Assembly (NCBI GenBank): GCA_004431415.1
Contig: QPMI01000022.1
Coordinates: 124,001-188,000 of the forward strand
DNA: 64,000 nt
From: Cyanophora paradoxa CCMP329
Taxonomy: Eukaryota; Plantae; Glaucophyta
Direction: 5' to 3'
A model generated the notes under the pieces. It was not told the origin of the DNA and made no database searches. It saw only the letters and a list, made by a program, of their open reading frames with translations. This document shows positions 34,506-47,500 of the stretch, in pieces (within the stretch, counting starts at the first letter, position 1; every line of letters begins with the position of its first letter). Position numbers and translations under genes: made by a program.

Positions 34506-34900
34506 CAATTAATATTGCAATTGCAAGCGCGATCGGAGCTGCCGGCGCGCACGGCGCGGGGCAGAACCAAAGCTGCAGAATCGTTCGATTTCTAGCTTTC
34601 TCCCCTAGCTGCGAAAGTTTAATTATATAATTATAACTTCGTCTCGAGCTGCGAAAGGAAGCTAGGGAGGGGGCCGGGGGCCGCGGGGGATGGAGAAAAT
34701 AAATGTTCTGGCCAAGCTAAAGCACATCAAGCTGAACGTATATTTACACAAGTTCAATGATCGGCTTTACTAAGTTATACGATCCAGCTACATCTATAGG
34801 TGGAGAGGGTGGAGCGGCCGCGGGCCGGCGGCGCCGGCGGTACGCGAGGTCCAAGGTCTAGGCCGGGGCGATCGCGAGTCCGATCCGGCGGGTCCCGGGC

Positions 34901-37900
34901 CTACTGGGCGGCGCGGCGCCAGGCGAGGGCGGCGACGAGGGCGAGGGCGGCCGCCGCCGCGAGCTTGCCCTCCGACTTGGCCAGCAGCGGCCCGATCAGC
35001 GGCACCTGCCGCCAGGGCCAAGCGGCGGTCAGCTGCAGGCGGCCGGCTAGCTCGCGCTGCGCGGCAAGCTGTAGAAGGGGCGGGCGCGCCTGGGGCCCCG
35101 AGCGGTAGGCGGTGGAGGTCTTGCGGCGCTCGAGGAACTCCGGCACGCGCGCGATGAACGCCTGCCGGCGCCGCCCCCGTGAGGGGGGGGAGGGGGGTGC
35201 GGAGGATGGGGGGGCGGGGGGGGGGGGGAGTGGGTGGTGGCGAAGAGGGGGTCAGCTGGTAGCGGGGTGTCCTAGGTGCTGGGTGCGAGGTGTAGATCGA
35301 GTATTCAAGGAGGTCACGAGGTGGGGCGGGGGCGGAATGGGGGAGGGGGGGGAAGGGGGCGGGGGGCCGGGGTAGGGGGAAGCGGGGTGTCCTAGGCCCT
35401 GGGTCCACCCCTGGGCTCGGGGCGGGTCGGGGTCACCTGGAAGAGGGAGCTGTCCGCCGCGAAGTTGTTCTCTATGACGGCCACCTGCCAAGGTTAGGCC
35501 CGAAGGTTAGGCCAAGGTGGAAGTGAACAAGGTTAGGCCAAGGGAGAAGTTGGGGCGCTGAAGGTTAGGCGATCGGGGCGATCGGGGCGCGGCGCACGGG
35601 GACGCGGCGGCGGGTGTTGCCGGAGATGCGTCCGATGTCGTTCTGCAGCGCGTTCGTGCGCCGCCCCGAGTACTCCACGTACGAGGGCGTGGATAGGACC
35701 GGCGAGGGGGCGCCGCCGGCGGCGGAGGCTTCGGGGGAGGAGTTGGAAGGCGGCCCGGCCGCCTTGGGCGCGGCGCCGGCGCCCGCGTGCGGCTGGGCCC
35801 GGCCCTGGACGCCGGTGGTCCGGGGGTCGAGGGGCAGGGATGCCCCGTGCGTCAGGATGCAGAAGCTGCGGCGCCAGGAGTTAAAAGGAGAAGAAGACGA
35901 AGAAGCTTAAGAGTGAAGCTAATATATATAATAATAAATAAGAAGAAGGGGGGCGGACGTGTGGTCCCAGACGCGGGAGCCGAACTTGGCCGTGACGAGC
36001 TTGATCGAGGGCCGCGCCGACCGGTGCGAGTCTGCGCGGGGGCGGAGCGGCGCGGGTCAGCCGCGAGCGGGGGCAGGCGCGGCAGGGGCGGGAGGGTGGG
36101 GGTGGGAGAGGGTGGGGCCGGGAGCGGGGTGGGGTTTGTGGGGGGTACACATGCGGGGATGGGGGGGGGCTGCGCATACACCGGAGAGATGGGGGTACGT
36201 CTAGATGGCCGGGGGCTGGAAGGGGACGTCGGGAGCGGGGGGGGGGGTACGCCCGTGGGAAAACTCGAAGGGGTACGCGGGCGGCGCGGGCGCACCGAAG
36301 CGCTCGACGTAGAAGATGGTGTGGACCTCGGGCAGCGTCGACACGTACGCCGCGATCTGAGGGCGGGCGGGCGGGCGGTCAGAGGACGCTCGAAAGACTA
36401 GGAAGGTCGGGGAAGCTAGAGGAAGGGTCAAAGGAAGCTAGAAAGAAGGCTCGACCCGAAGGTTCTAACGAAGCGGCTTCGGGCGCGGGCGGGGCGGCTC
36501 CAAGGCAGGCCGTATGGAGGTCGGCCCAGGCTGTCTCTAACGAAAACGGAGCGGCCTCGGGGCAGGGCGGGGGCGGGGCGCGCCTTCTCCGCGGAGGCCT
36601 CGTCGTCGATGCCCGGTGTGCTGCGGGAGCGCCCGGAGCGCCTCAGTCGAGCGGAGCGAGGCGGGCGGAGGGCGGCTCAAGAGAGCTAAATGCATCGAAA
36701 TTTATCGGCCAGGTTTGAGCTAGGACTTCTCGGACTTGGGAGCGGACTCGAAGCGGGGCTGGCGTAGGGAGGGGGGGGGGGGGGAGGAGGGAGGGGGTGG
36801 GGGCGGCTAGTTTTGAGCTAGGGGGCAGCTCAAGGGAGGTGGGGTAGGGGTCCGGGCGGACTCGATGATGCGGAGGACGTAGTCGCCGTACTGGAACTCG
36901 CACTCGAAGACCTCCGCCTGCTGCGAGAGGAACGCGTTCACCTCGCACACCTGCAAGCGGGGCGCTGTGAGCCGGGGCGGAGGCGAAGGTTCTTCGGAGG
37001 CGGGAGGGGCGCTGGGCCGGGGCCAGCGCCGGCGTCCCCTCTAGCCCGGCCGCTAGTAGCCCCTCTAGCCTGGCCGCTAGAAGCCCCTCTAGCCTGAGAA
37101 GGGGCTGAGCGCAGGCAGGAGGCGGGGCGAGCGTCCCGCGCTAGACGCTAGGCAAGCTCGGGGGGCCGGCCTTCTCCCTAGTTCCTCCGACCCTTCTTCG
37201 AGCTTCCCCGACCTTCCTAGTCTTTCTTCCGCTAGACGCTAGTACTACGGCAGCTTCGGGCGAAGCTCGGGCGCTCGCTCACCTCGCGGCCCACCAGGTT
37301 GTTGATCGTCGTGCTCTGCGCGCGCGCGCGCGGCCCGCCTCCTCAGCGCGCGCCGCGCCGCGCCGCGCCGCGCCGCGCGCGCCGCGGACCTTCCCGACGC
37401 CCGACGGACCGATGAAAATCAGGACCTTCTCCTTGGACGACGCGCCGCGCCGCGCCGCGCCGCCGCCGCTGCCGGGCCGCCCCGCCCTCCCCTCGATCTG
37501 CTCCAGCTGAAGCGCGAAGTCCCGTATGCCCGGCGCGTCCGCCCCCGTGTGTTCGGTCGTGCCCCGGCCCGCCCCGTGCGCCGAGTCGGGCCCGGCCGAG
37601 GCCCTCCCCGCGTCCTGCCGGTCCCGAGCCGCCCGCGCCCTCGGCTGGATCGTGTGCCCGCGCATCGTCGGCGGCCGGTGCATCAGCTCGCTGCGCGCGC
37701 GGGCGACTCGGCGCGGGCCGGAAGACATGCAGAAGCACTCGAGGCGCAGGCGCACCTGCACTCCTTGCAGTAGCTCGCGCTGCACTCCTGGCACGAGACG
37801 AGGTCCTCGGACGGCTGCTGGCAGTAGGCGCACAGGTTCGTCGCTGCGAGGCGCGCGCGGCCCCGGGGAGTTAGCTGAAGGGAATTCTTAACGAAGAGAG

Positions 37901-38162
37901 AAGAAGCGCGGGGAGCGCACCCAGCGGCGTGGACGTGTGAGACCGGAAGTTCGGCGCCCGGTGGACGCCTGAAAGAGGTTCAGGGGCGAGCGCGGCGGCG
38001 GCGGCGGCGCGCGCGCAGCGCACCCTGGAAGCAGTCATCGCAGAAGTCGGCCGTGCATTCGGTGCAGTGCCTTGTCGCCACCTCGGACGCGCAGTGCTGG
38101 CAGCGCTGCGACTTGTCGCCTGCGCGGGACAACGTGTAAGGGCGCCAGCCATTCGGGAACAT
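34901..38162 (-). CDS. Tandem B-box zinc fingers + Toc34/Toc159-like (AIG1 clan) GTPase + C-terminal transmembrane anchor
   Basis: B-boxes CQHCASEVATRHCTECTADFCDDCF..HRAPNFRSH and CAYCQQPSEDLVSCQECSASYCKEC..HRPPTMRGH. GTPase VLIFIGPSGVGK|STTINNLVAAR|VCEVNAF..YVLRII..TPGIDD..HTIFYVERF..IKLVTAKFGSRVW..FCILTHG..SYVEYSGRRTNALQ..VAVIENN. Ends LAAAAALALVAALAWRRAAQ*. Start codon uncertain. Confidence 0.8.
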
Positions 38163-38581
38163 TGTCCAACTCTAGAAGAGCGCGCTTGAAGGCGTGCATG
38201 GCGCGGCGGCTCGGGGCGACAGCACGAGCGGCAGAAACCCGATCATGCGGCCGGCCCGGGAGCGCAGCGCCGGCGCGGGGATTTGCGGCCGGGATCTAAG
38301 CGCTTGCCACTCGGTGGATAGCCCGCGCTTTCGCCGCGCACCCATCACTCGTTCGGCCGATGTCGGTGCTGATTCGCGGTTCCACCTTCAAGGCCGGCCC
38401 CGAAACGTTCAATGCGGCGCTGCCCCTCCCTCGGTGACAACTGAAAGTTGACAGCGGCGGGCGGCGATGAAGTGTTTTTTTCTTGAGGCGGGGTACCAGA
38501 GTCGAAATGCCGAGCTCGCCGCCGTCAGCTGCAGCCGCAGAGCCGCGACGGTGACTCTGGCGAGTCAGCGGTGACTACGGC

Positions 38582-40117
38582 ATGTCGGCCGACATCGCCC
38601 GCGCGGCGGTGCTGTCGCGCGCCACCGTGCTCGGCCTCGGCGCGCTGTCGGCCAGCCTGCTCGAGCCGTACGACACCTCGGCGTCGGTTCCCGACGCCAG
38701 CGGCGAGCCTGCCGCCTCCGGCCCCCTGCGCGGCTTCGGCAACTGGGACGGCGTCTACTTCCTCGCCATCGCCCGCAGGGGCTACGTGTACGAGCAGGAG
38801 CACGCGTTCTTCCCCCTGTACCCACTCTGCGTGCGCTGGCTCGCCGCCGTCGGTGCGCGCCCGGCCCGCGCCCGTGGCTCTGTCGACGTCGGTGCTGACG
38901 GGCGCGCGCGCCCGGCCCGCCCGCAGCGAGGCCCCTGCTCCTCGGGGCCGTCTCGGAGTCGCAGCTCTTCCTTCTCTCCGCGCTCGTCGTGTCGAACTGC
39001 GCCTTCGTCGCCGCGGCGGTCGTCCTCCACCGGTCCGGCGTCCCGCCCGCCCCGCGCCCCGCCCGCTCAGCGCGCCCGATCCGATCCGAGCGGCGGCGCA
39101 GGCTCTGTCTCGCGCTGACGAGCGACGCTGCGCTCTCGCGGCGGGCGGCGGCGCTCTTCTGCGCGGCTCCCGCCTCCGTGTTCCTGTCGGCCGCCTACAC
39201 CGAGTCCCTCTTCGCCCTCCTCTCCTTTTCGGGCGCCCTGCTCCTCGCCCGGGGCCGCCCCACACCCGCCGCCCTGCTCTTCGCCCTCGCCGCCGCCACG
39301 CGCTCCAACGGCGCTCTCCTCGCCCTCCTCCTCGCCCACGCCGGCGTCGCGGGCGCCTGGGCCGCCCGCCCCCAACCCCCTGTGCGCCTTTCCCGTACCC
39401 CTCCCCACCGCCCTTCGAATCTTTTATCCCCCCGCAGAAGGCGCTGCTCTCTCTCGTGGCGGCGGGCCTCCGCTGCCTCCTCGTCCTCGCCCCCCTCGCC
39501 GCCTTCCAGTACCAGGGGTACAGCCTCTTCTGCGCGGGCCCCGCCCCCCCTCGCCCCTGGTGCTCGCGCCCCGTACCCCTCCTCTACAGCTTCGTCCAGG
39601 ACCGCTACTGGTGCGCGTAGCCCTCCCCGGGTACCCCGCTTCTCCCGTACCCCCGCCCGACCCGGGAGGGGGGTACAGGAACGTCGGCTTCCTGCGGTAC
39701 TACGAGCTGAAGCAGATCCCGAACTTTGCTCTGGCGACGCCCGCCCTCCTCCTCTCCGCCGCCGGGGTACTCCGCTACTCCTCCGCCGCCCCCCGCCGCC
39801 TCCTCACCGCCGGCATCGACCCGGGCCGGGGCCCGGCCAGTAGCTACCTGAGCCCCCGCGTCGCGCCCCTCGTCCTGCTCTGGGGATTCTCGGCCCTCGT
39901 CGCCGCCTTCTGTATGCACGTGCAGGTCGCCACCCGCTTCCTCTCCGCCTCGGCCCCCTTCTATCTCTACTGCGCGACCCTCGCCGCCCCGCCCCCGCCG
40001 GCCGCCAAGAATGCCCGACCCCCCCTGACCCGAAAGGCGGCCGCCGTCTGGGGGTACTTTTTGGGGTACGCCGTCGTCGGCACCGTCCTCTTCACCACCT
40101 TCTACCCCTGGACCTAG
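38582..40117 (+). CDS. PIGV: GPI mannosyltransferase II (PIG-V/Gpi18)
   Basis: YDTS, NWDGVYFLAIARRGYVYEQEHAFFPLYP, PASVFLSAAYTESLFALLSF, TRSNG, LYSFVQDRYW|NVGFLRYYELKQIPNFALA, MHVQVATRFLS, and the terminal LFTTFYPWT*. Confidence 0.95.
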
Positions 40118-40326
40118 CTATAGCTAGCCCTCCTCCCACCTTCCTGACCTAGCCCCTCCTAACCTCTTTCCTCATAGCCTTGTTTCCCAATTCAAGCTTC
40201 GAATTCACTGATTCACAGAGCCGAGCTTAAGCTACGCCGGGGTGCGCTATAGTAGAGCTACGCGAGGCCTCGGATCCGATCCGATCCAATCGGATCAGAT
40301 CAGATCAGATCAGATCAGATCTGAGC

Positions 40327-43300
40327 CTAGGCGAGGTTCCTGAGGACGCGGCACTCGGCGGCGCTGAAGGCCACGAGGGTCTTCCGGGGGGCCTCCCCTA
40401 GCACCACGTGGCGCGCCTCTGGCCCCAGCCCCGCCCCCGCCTTCCTCACCTGAGGAAGAGGAAGCGGTCCTTAGAAATAGTGACGGGGGTGGGAGGAGGG
40501 AGGGGGGTACGGCGTCGAGGACGGCGTCGAGGGTGCAGAGGGGCACGCCGGAGAGGTCGAGGTGGAGGAGGGGGCCCGTCGTGACGGCCTCCAGCGCCTG
40601 CCTGCGGGGCAGCGACGGGTCAAAAGAAGAAAGGAGAAGGAGGAGAGGAGGCGGATGTTTATGTAGACTATCGCTTCAACGATAGACAAGGACGAGCAAG
40701 CGAACGATAGACAAGGATTAGCAAGGACGATGAAAACCATTGCTTAAAACATGCTAAGCAGATCTAATGCATCCATGGCATTAAACAACGCTAAAAAGAA
40801 GCAAGGAGGAGAGGAGGCGGATCGAATTGGAAACGCTAAGAAGATCCCAGGGCTAGCAAGCAAAGCAAGCAAGCGGGGGGGCGCACTGGACGTCTTCCGG
40901 GCCGAGGCCGGCGGAGGCGGCGCACACCCTCCTCAGGCCCGCCTGCCCGGGGAGGGAGGGACGTCAGGCTCGCGGCTCGAGGCTCCAGGCGAACGTTCGG
41001 CATTGGGCGCCTTAGCTCGGAGCCCAGGGGCCGTCAGGCTCGGGGCTCGGGGCTCGAGGCTCGAAGGACGGCGAGGTCGGAAGGGGAGCTAGGGCTTGGG
41101 TTGGAGCCTAGCAAGCTAGAGAGGCGTCAAGGGCTTCATGGCTTTAGGAGGGGTGGGAGAGGTGGTGCAAGGAAGAGGGGGGAGGGTGGGGTGAGGGGTG
41201 ACGGGAGGGAGGTGGGGAGGGGCAAGGAGGGCAGGGGGGGGGGGGGGGGGGGGGGGGGGCATGGTTAGCTTCAAGCTTAGGAACCTGCAGCTTAGCAAGC
41301 TAGAGATCAGTCTAAACTAATTCATTACTCGCCTGGCCGTACTCGGAGAGGGCGATGGCCTCGCGGAAGGCGGTGACGCCCTCGTGCGCGACGCCCGCCA
41401 CGTCCATCCCCTCCAGCCCGGGGCTCCCCTCCAGCACCTAAGGGGGTACACGAGGTCAAGCACGGCCTGGAGGGCCCGCCTCCGGGACTTAAGGGGGACC
41501 TCTTAGGATCCCGGCCTCCCGCCCCGCCCCGCCCCGCCCCGGGGCTCGCCTCCGGGACATAAGCGGAGGAGGAGGAGGAGGAGAAGGCGGGGGGGTGGGG
41601 GGGTGAGGGGGGGCGAGGGGGGGGGAGGGGGTGCGGGGGAGGCGGGCGAAGGCCTACCCTGGGTAGGCCGAAGACGAAGATCATGCCGAGGCGGTGGCCC
41701 CCGATGCCGAAATCGCCTGTATACCCGGGCCGGGTGAGGCCACAAGGGGGGTACGCGAGGGGCCGGGGGGTACGCGCACGGATGTTGGGGTTGCGGGAGA
41801 CCGACGCCGCGAACATCAGCGTGGTCCGCTCGCTGCGGCGGGAAAACTTCAGCGGAGGAAAGGAGGGGGGTACGGGTACAGGTATTTCAGGTATTTCGGT
41901 CAGGTATTTTCGGCGCACTCGACGGCGGGATTGTAGGAAATGTCGATGGCGGCCAGCTCGGGATTCCGTCCCGGCTCCAGGGCCCGGCACAGGCGCTCCA
42001 CCCCAGCCTGGCACCGTTTCAGAGGGAGGGGGGAGGGGAAGGGGGGTACGGCGACGGCGCACCCTGGACAGGTTGTTGTGCGAGAAGTCCATCCGGGTGA
42101 TGTGGTACGTCCCCGGGATGAACTAGGGGTGGGTGTGTGTGGGGGGGTTGGGGGGGGGGGGGGTTGGGGGTTGGGGGGGGGGGTGGAATCAGGGAACCGG
42201 AAGAGGGGAGGCGCGGGGGGGAAGGACTGGGGGGTACCTCGAGCATCTGGATGTCGTCGTCGACGATGCCGTTGTGGGAGACGACGAGCCGCTCGACGCT
42301 CGGCGCCCCTGTCCGCCCGTGGAAGATCTGAAGGAAAAAAGTGACTTCTCTTCTTGGGGGGGGGGGGGAGTTCGGGGTACAAGAAGCGCACCTCGCCGAT
42401 CTTCTGCATGCTCTGCGTGCTCCCGATGCCGCAGTGGCGCAGGTCGATCAGCTCGCACCTGCGTCGCATTCAAGTTGAGAAAGCGGGCGGGCGGGCGGGC
42501 GGGCGGGGGCGAGCGAGCCTGCGGGGCGCGGTGCGCAGGCCAGCAAGGAAGCGGGCCGAGGCGAAGCCCATTGTGCGGTTCCCCGCCAACTGCGGGGCGG
42601 CTCGACAAGGCAGGAAAACGAGAGGGAAGGCGCGGGGCGCGAAGCAAGGTAAAAAGCGTACCCGGATGGTGGAGAGGGCGGCGTGCATGGCCAGCCCGAC
42701 CGACGCCGAGCCGCTCAGGCAGTCGTCAATCAGGCAATTGCTCTGCTCAGATCAGATCGGATCAGATCGGAACAGATTCGGGCTCAGGTGAGGTGGGGCA
42801 CCGCGTCGATCTCGCGGAGGCGGGAGCGGCCCCGCGAGGCGACCGAGCCTCGCCAGAACGAGTCGAAGCCGATGGACCCTAAGGAAGAAGAAGAAGAGGA
42901 AGGGAAGTTAGAAGGTTACAGGGTACGCTGAGCTGGCGGGCGGGCACCCAGGGGGTTGTCGGCGATGGAGAGGGTGATCAGCTCGGGCAGCTCCGCGAGG
43001 ATCCGGCCGATGATGGCGGGGGCGAAGGTCCCCTCGATGCGGCAGTCCGCGAGCGAGAGGTGCGCCAGCGTCGGGCACTGCTTCGCGACCGCCGCGAGCA
43101 GCGGTTCGATGGCGGCGTCGTTTCCCAAGTCCGAGCCGCTCAGGTCCAGCCGCTGGAGCGCGGCGGTTTCCTGGGCGGAGGAGGCGGACGGGGGCGGGCG
43201 GAAGTGGAAGAACGAGGTGGAGGGGATGGGCCGGACGCGGGGCGGCGGGGGCGGCGGCGTGGGGAGGGGGTCCGGCGGCGGGCGCCGGTTCGGGAGGTGG

Positions 43301-44310
43301 GCGCCCATGGGCGGGGGGCGGGCCCACAGGGACGAGTGGGGGGCGTACCCCAGCCCCGGGGACACGCGGAGGGAGCGGAGGGTCGGGAGGCGGGAGACGA
43401 GGGACCCGATCTCGTCCGAGGAGCCGTTCGGGCCGCCTGTGACCGAGAGCTCTGCCAGCGGCGCCGGCGGCGGCAGCGCAGAGAGGAGCGAGAGGGCCGC
43501 GCCGTGGGCCGAGTGGCCGCAGCCGGGCCCCAGGTCGATTTCGAGGCACTCGAGGGCGGGCAGAGCGACCAGCGCCGACCGGAGCCGCTCGAAGGCCTTG
43601 TCGCTCCCGGGCGGGACGGGCGGGGGCGGGCCCGGCGGGGGCGCCGCGTCGTAGCGCGGCTCGGACCCGAAGAGGCGGGGCGGACCCGAGTCGTAGGCGG
43701 CGAGGGCGGCGTCGGCGTTGGGACGGAGCCGCAGCTCGCGCAGGTGCGGGCACGCCCGCAGCTCCAACGCCAGGCGCTCGGCGAGCTGGAGCGGTAGGGA
43801 GGCCTGGACCTCGAGCGCGGCGAGCGAGGGGCTCCGCCTGTGCACGCGCGGCGCGGGCGGACGGTTAGCCCCGCAGCGTGGTGCGCGCTCGGACGCGATT
43901 TCCGACGGGCGCACCGAATCCATCGGGCGACAATGTCCACATCGGACTCGGTTGCGTCTTCGAGGCCGTGCAGGACGAGGCGCGTACGGTGCTCATCAAC
44001 GGAAGCCTTCCAGGCGCGGCAGACCTGGGCCGAACGGTCGGCGCGGAAGCGCAGGCGTCCAATGGGTCGGGCCGGACCGCGCGGAGCACGCCCTTGCACG
44101 GCACGGCCTGGAAGATCTGGGACCAGAGCGCGTCCGGAAGCTCGGAGGCCCGGTTCTCGATGGTCAGCCCCGCGAGGGAGATCGGCGCCTGCGGCTCCTG
44201 GGGCCCGGGAGCCGGCAGGTCGTCCGCGTCTGGAGAGGACGGCAATCAGCGCTGCAGGTGCTGCCGGCGACGAACGCACCCAGCGGCGGGAAGTCGGCGT
44301 CGGTGTACAT
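40327..44310 (-). CDS. F-box / RNI-like LRR protein
   Basis: ASELPDALWSQIF..VLRA|VCRAWKASV (F-box), then CPHLRELRL, LQRLDLSGSDLGN, LAHLSLADCRI, LITLSIADNPLG, ELIDLRHCGIG, MDFSHNNLS and AIDISYNP. Confidence 0.8.
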
Positions 44311-44550
44311 CAGGGACTGTGCGCGGCCTCACCAAACCCGACGGTCGCCAAGTGCGCGTACCCCCCCGCCGCCGCCGGCGCCGGCACGGCGCCGGCCCGC
44401 CGTCTAGCTTCGAATTCGGCTCTTATCGATACACTTGCCGCTCGCCTACCGCTACACTAGCTATGAACTCGACGGGGCGGCTCATCGAACTGGATGGCGC
44501 CCGGAACACATCCAACACGCATGCGTACGCACTACGAGGGCTACTAGTAT

Positions 44551-47500
44551 CTAACGCGCGGGGGGCTCGCCGCCGCCCGACGGCGGCGCCGGCGCCGACG
44601 AAGCCGCCGCCGCCCCCGCGCCGTCCGTCATCTCCACGTCCCCGTCCCGATCGCCGGCCGCCGCCGCTGCAGCACGGTTATCAACAGGGCCTGGAGGCCC
44701 CGGGCTTCGCTGTCTGAAGCGCACCTGAGGCCTGGCGGGCCGCCTGCGCCTCGCGCTGCAGCGGCGCCATGATCGAGACCTGCCGAGCCCGCCCGACCGC
44801 CCGGTCAGATTACATCGTGTGAGAGAGGGCGAAACGGGGCCGGGGCGGGCCTGCGTCGCCGGGTCGGGCCGCGCGGGCCCCGCCTCCCCGTGGTTCAAGT
44901 CGACCCGGCGCCGCTGCGTCCTCCGGGCCCTACCCCCCGCCTCGCCCTCCCCCTCCCCATCCGAGTCGCTCAGCTCGCCCTCCTGGTAGGACCGGCGCTC
45001 GAGGTCCCTCGGCCGTACCCGCACTGGAGGGGGGGATGAGAGGGGGGTACGGGGGAGGGGAGGGGTGGGAAGCGCGGGGGGTACGGCACCGTCCGGGTCC
45101 CGGCCGTCCTCCTCCTCCCCCTGGGCGTCGTCGAAGCGGAGGTCGGGGGGTACGCTGCGAAAGAAGGTCGGGGTGGAAGGTGAGATTCGATTTCGCGCCG
45201 TACCCCTCCCCCATCTAGCCCCTACTCCCCTTTCGAACCTGTGGAAGGGGACGGAGGGGGCGTTGACGCCGCGGAGCATCTCGAGGATCTGGATGCGGTG
45301 CCGATCGAGGGCCTCGGGCGCTGTGGGGAACGGCGGGCGTGAGACTCTTGAGCGTCCTAGACTCTACTGAATCCCAGGCTTAAACTAAGGCTCGGGACAA
45401 GGGGAAGGGCGCGCGTCAGATAGCGTGAATGTGAGAGAAGGGCTCTCTCTTAAGCGCCCTATTAGCGCCCTACAACCCCTCTCTGCTAAGCAGCGTCTCT
45501 CTCAAGTTCCTTCGGGCGGGGCCGGCCGGACCGTTGAGGTTGTCTAAGACGCTAATACGTTCTATCTATTTTATATAAATAGATAGAGGAACGGACCGTT
45601 GAGGTTGTCGATGTTGGAGGCGGGGATGTGGAGGTTGTAGTCGGGCGCGTAGTACTCCACGTACGGGTCCGTCTGCGGGATCTCTGCGCGCGAAGGGAGG
45701 GGCGGGGGTGAGAAGGAACGGCGGACGAGGGGCGGGGACGGGGGGCGCGTCCCCTTTAGCCTCCGGCTAGGCTAGGCTAGGCTAGGGGCGGGGACGGGGG
45801 GCTGGGCCGGCTCTGGGGCCGCGCCCCCTCTGGACTAGCCCGCGGCTAGACTGGGCTGGGCTAGGCTGGCCAGCCAGCTCCAGGCCCGTCTGAGAGTCTC
45901 GCATCCATCCTCATCCCTCGGCCGCCCCCCCCTCCCTCCCTCCCTCCCTCCCGCCCGGGCGCGCGCACCGTTGTCGAGCTCCTCGCCGCAGAGGAGCGCC
46001 GTCTCGTACGTCCAGCACCTGCCGCCCCGCCCGGTCCGGTTAGTCTTAGCTGAGGCTCAGCTTACATAAGATTGAGCTGTGCTTAGGCGCAGCTCAGCTC
46101 GAGCTGTGTACGTGGGGGATACGTGCGCACCGGGCGACGTTGCGGATGGTATACCCCCCGCCGCCCAGCACGAGCAGGGGGACCCCGAAGCCCTTCATGA
46201 AGTTCTGGGCCGTCTCGGGGAGTCAGCCAGTCCGGCGCAGCAGCTCGGGGCGAGACGCGCTAAGCTTAGCATGCCATTAACTTTAGCTGAGCTGAGTTTA
46301 GTCAAGCTTAGCATGCCGTATAAGGTCGGCTGAGCTCGGCCAAGGCTTTGCTCGGCTCTAGCTGATTATTATCCAGAAATGCGGCTAGGGCGGGCGGGCG
46401 GCGCGGACCACGCATTCGCCGTGGCCGCGGGTGGTGAGGTTGAAGGAGCCGAGGCGGTCCCCGGCCAGCGAGTCCGCCCCGCACTGCAGCACCACCGCCC
46501 CCGGCCGGAAGTTCTCCATCACCTGCGGGGGGAGGGCGGGGAGGACGGCAGAAGTCAGAGGGCGGCGCCCTGGGCTGGGAATTCAAGCGAGCAAGCCAAG
46601 CCTCTTCAGCGGACGGGTTAGCGGAAGGCGCCCTGGGCTGGGCAGGGCCGGGCAGAGCTGGGCGGGCGGGGGCGCGAGCCTTGGTCATGATGGGCTTGAA
46701 GATCGTCTCGTACGACTGGTCGTCGATCCCGTCCTGCGCGGGCGGAGCGTTCGGATCCCGTTTCGGACCTAACTCGACGAGAGGCGCTGCGCCGGGCCCT
46801 CGAAGCTATCTATCGCGCCTCGAGCTAGGCCGCTCCATGGGCGAGCGCGGGGAGGGGGGAAGGGGGGGTGGGGGGTACACCTTGAGGGGGAAGTTGATGG
46901 CGCAGTTGCGCCCCACCTCCGCCCCCACGTCCTGCCCCCCCCAGCGAGTCTCAGGGGATGGGGGGGGGGGGGAAGGGGGGATGGGGGGTAGGGGCGCGGG
47001 GCGCGCCTTGATGTCGCCTGTACCCGGGAAGTACTCCCTGCAGGCCAGTCAGGAGGGGGAACAGGATGGAAAGAAAAGGGCCCCGGGCGGACCCGAACTT
47101 GTGGAAGGAGACGGTCATGACGCGGTCCGTGCAGTAGAAGGCCTCCTCCACGCCTGCGCCGAAAAAGTAAGAGGAGGAAAAGCGGAGGAGGGAGGGGGAG
47201 GAGCTAGCTAGCTAGCTAACGGAGCCCCTGAAACAAGCAGGGCGGGGGGGGGGGGGGGGGGGAGGGGGAGTGGGGGGGATAGAAGGGGTAGGCCCTAGGA
47301 CCGGGGCCGCGCACCGTCGCCGTGGTGGATGTCGATGTCGATGTACACGACGCGCTGGTGGTGCCTGCGCGCAGGGGCAGGGGCGAAGGGTGAGAGGCCG
47401 AGCGGGCGGGGGCGGGGAGGGAGGGGGCGGGGGGGGGGGGGGGGGGGGGGGGGAAGGGTGAAGGCCCTATGGGGCTAGAGAAAGGACGCGTCCCTAGGCT

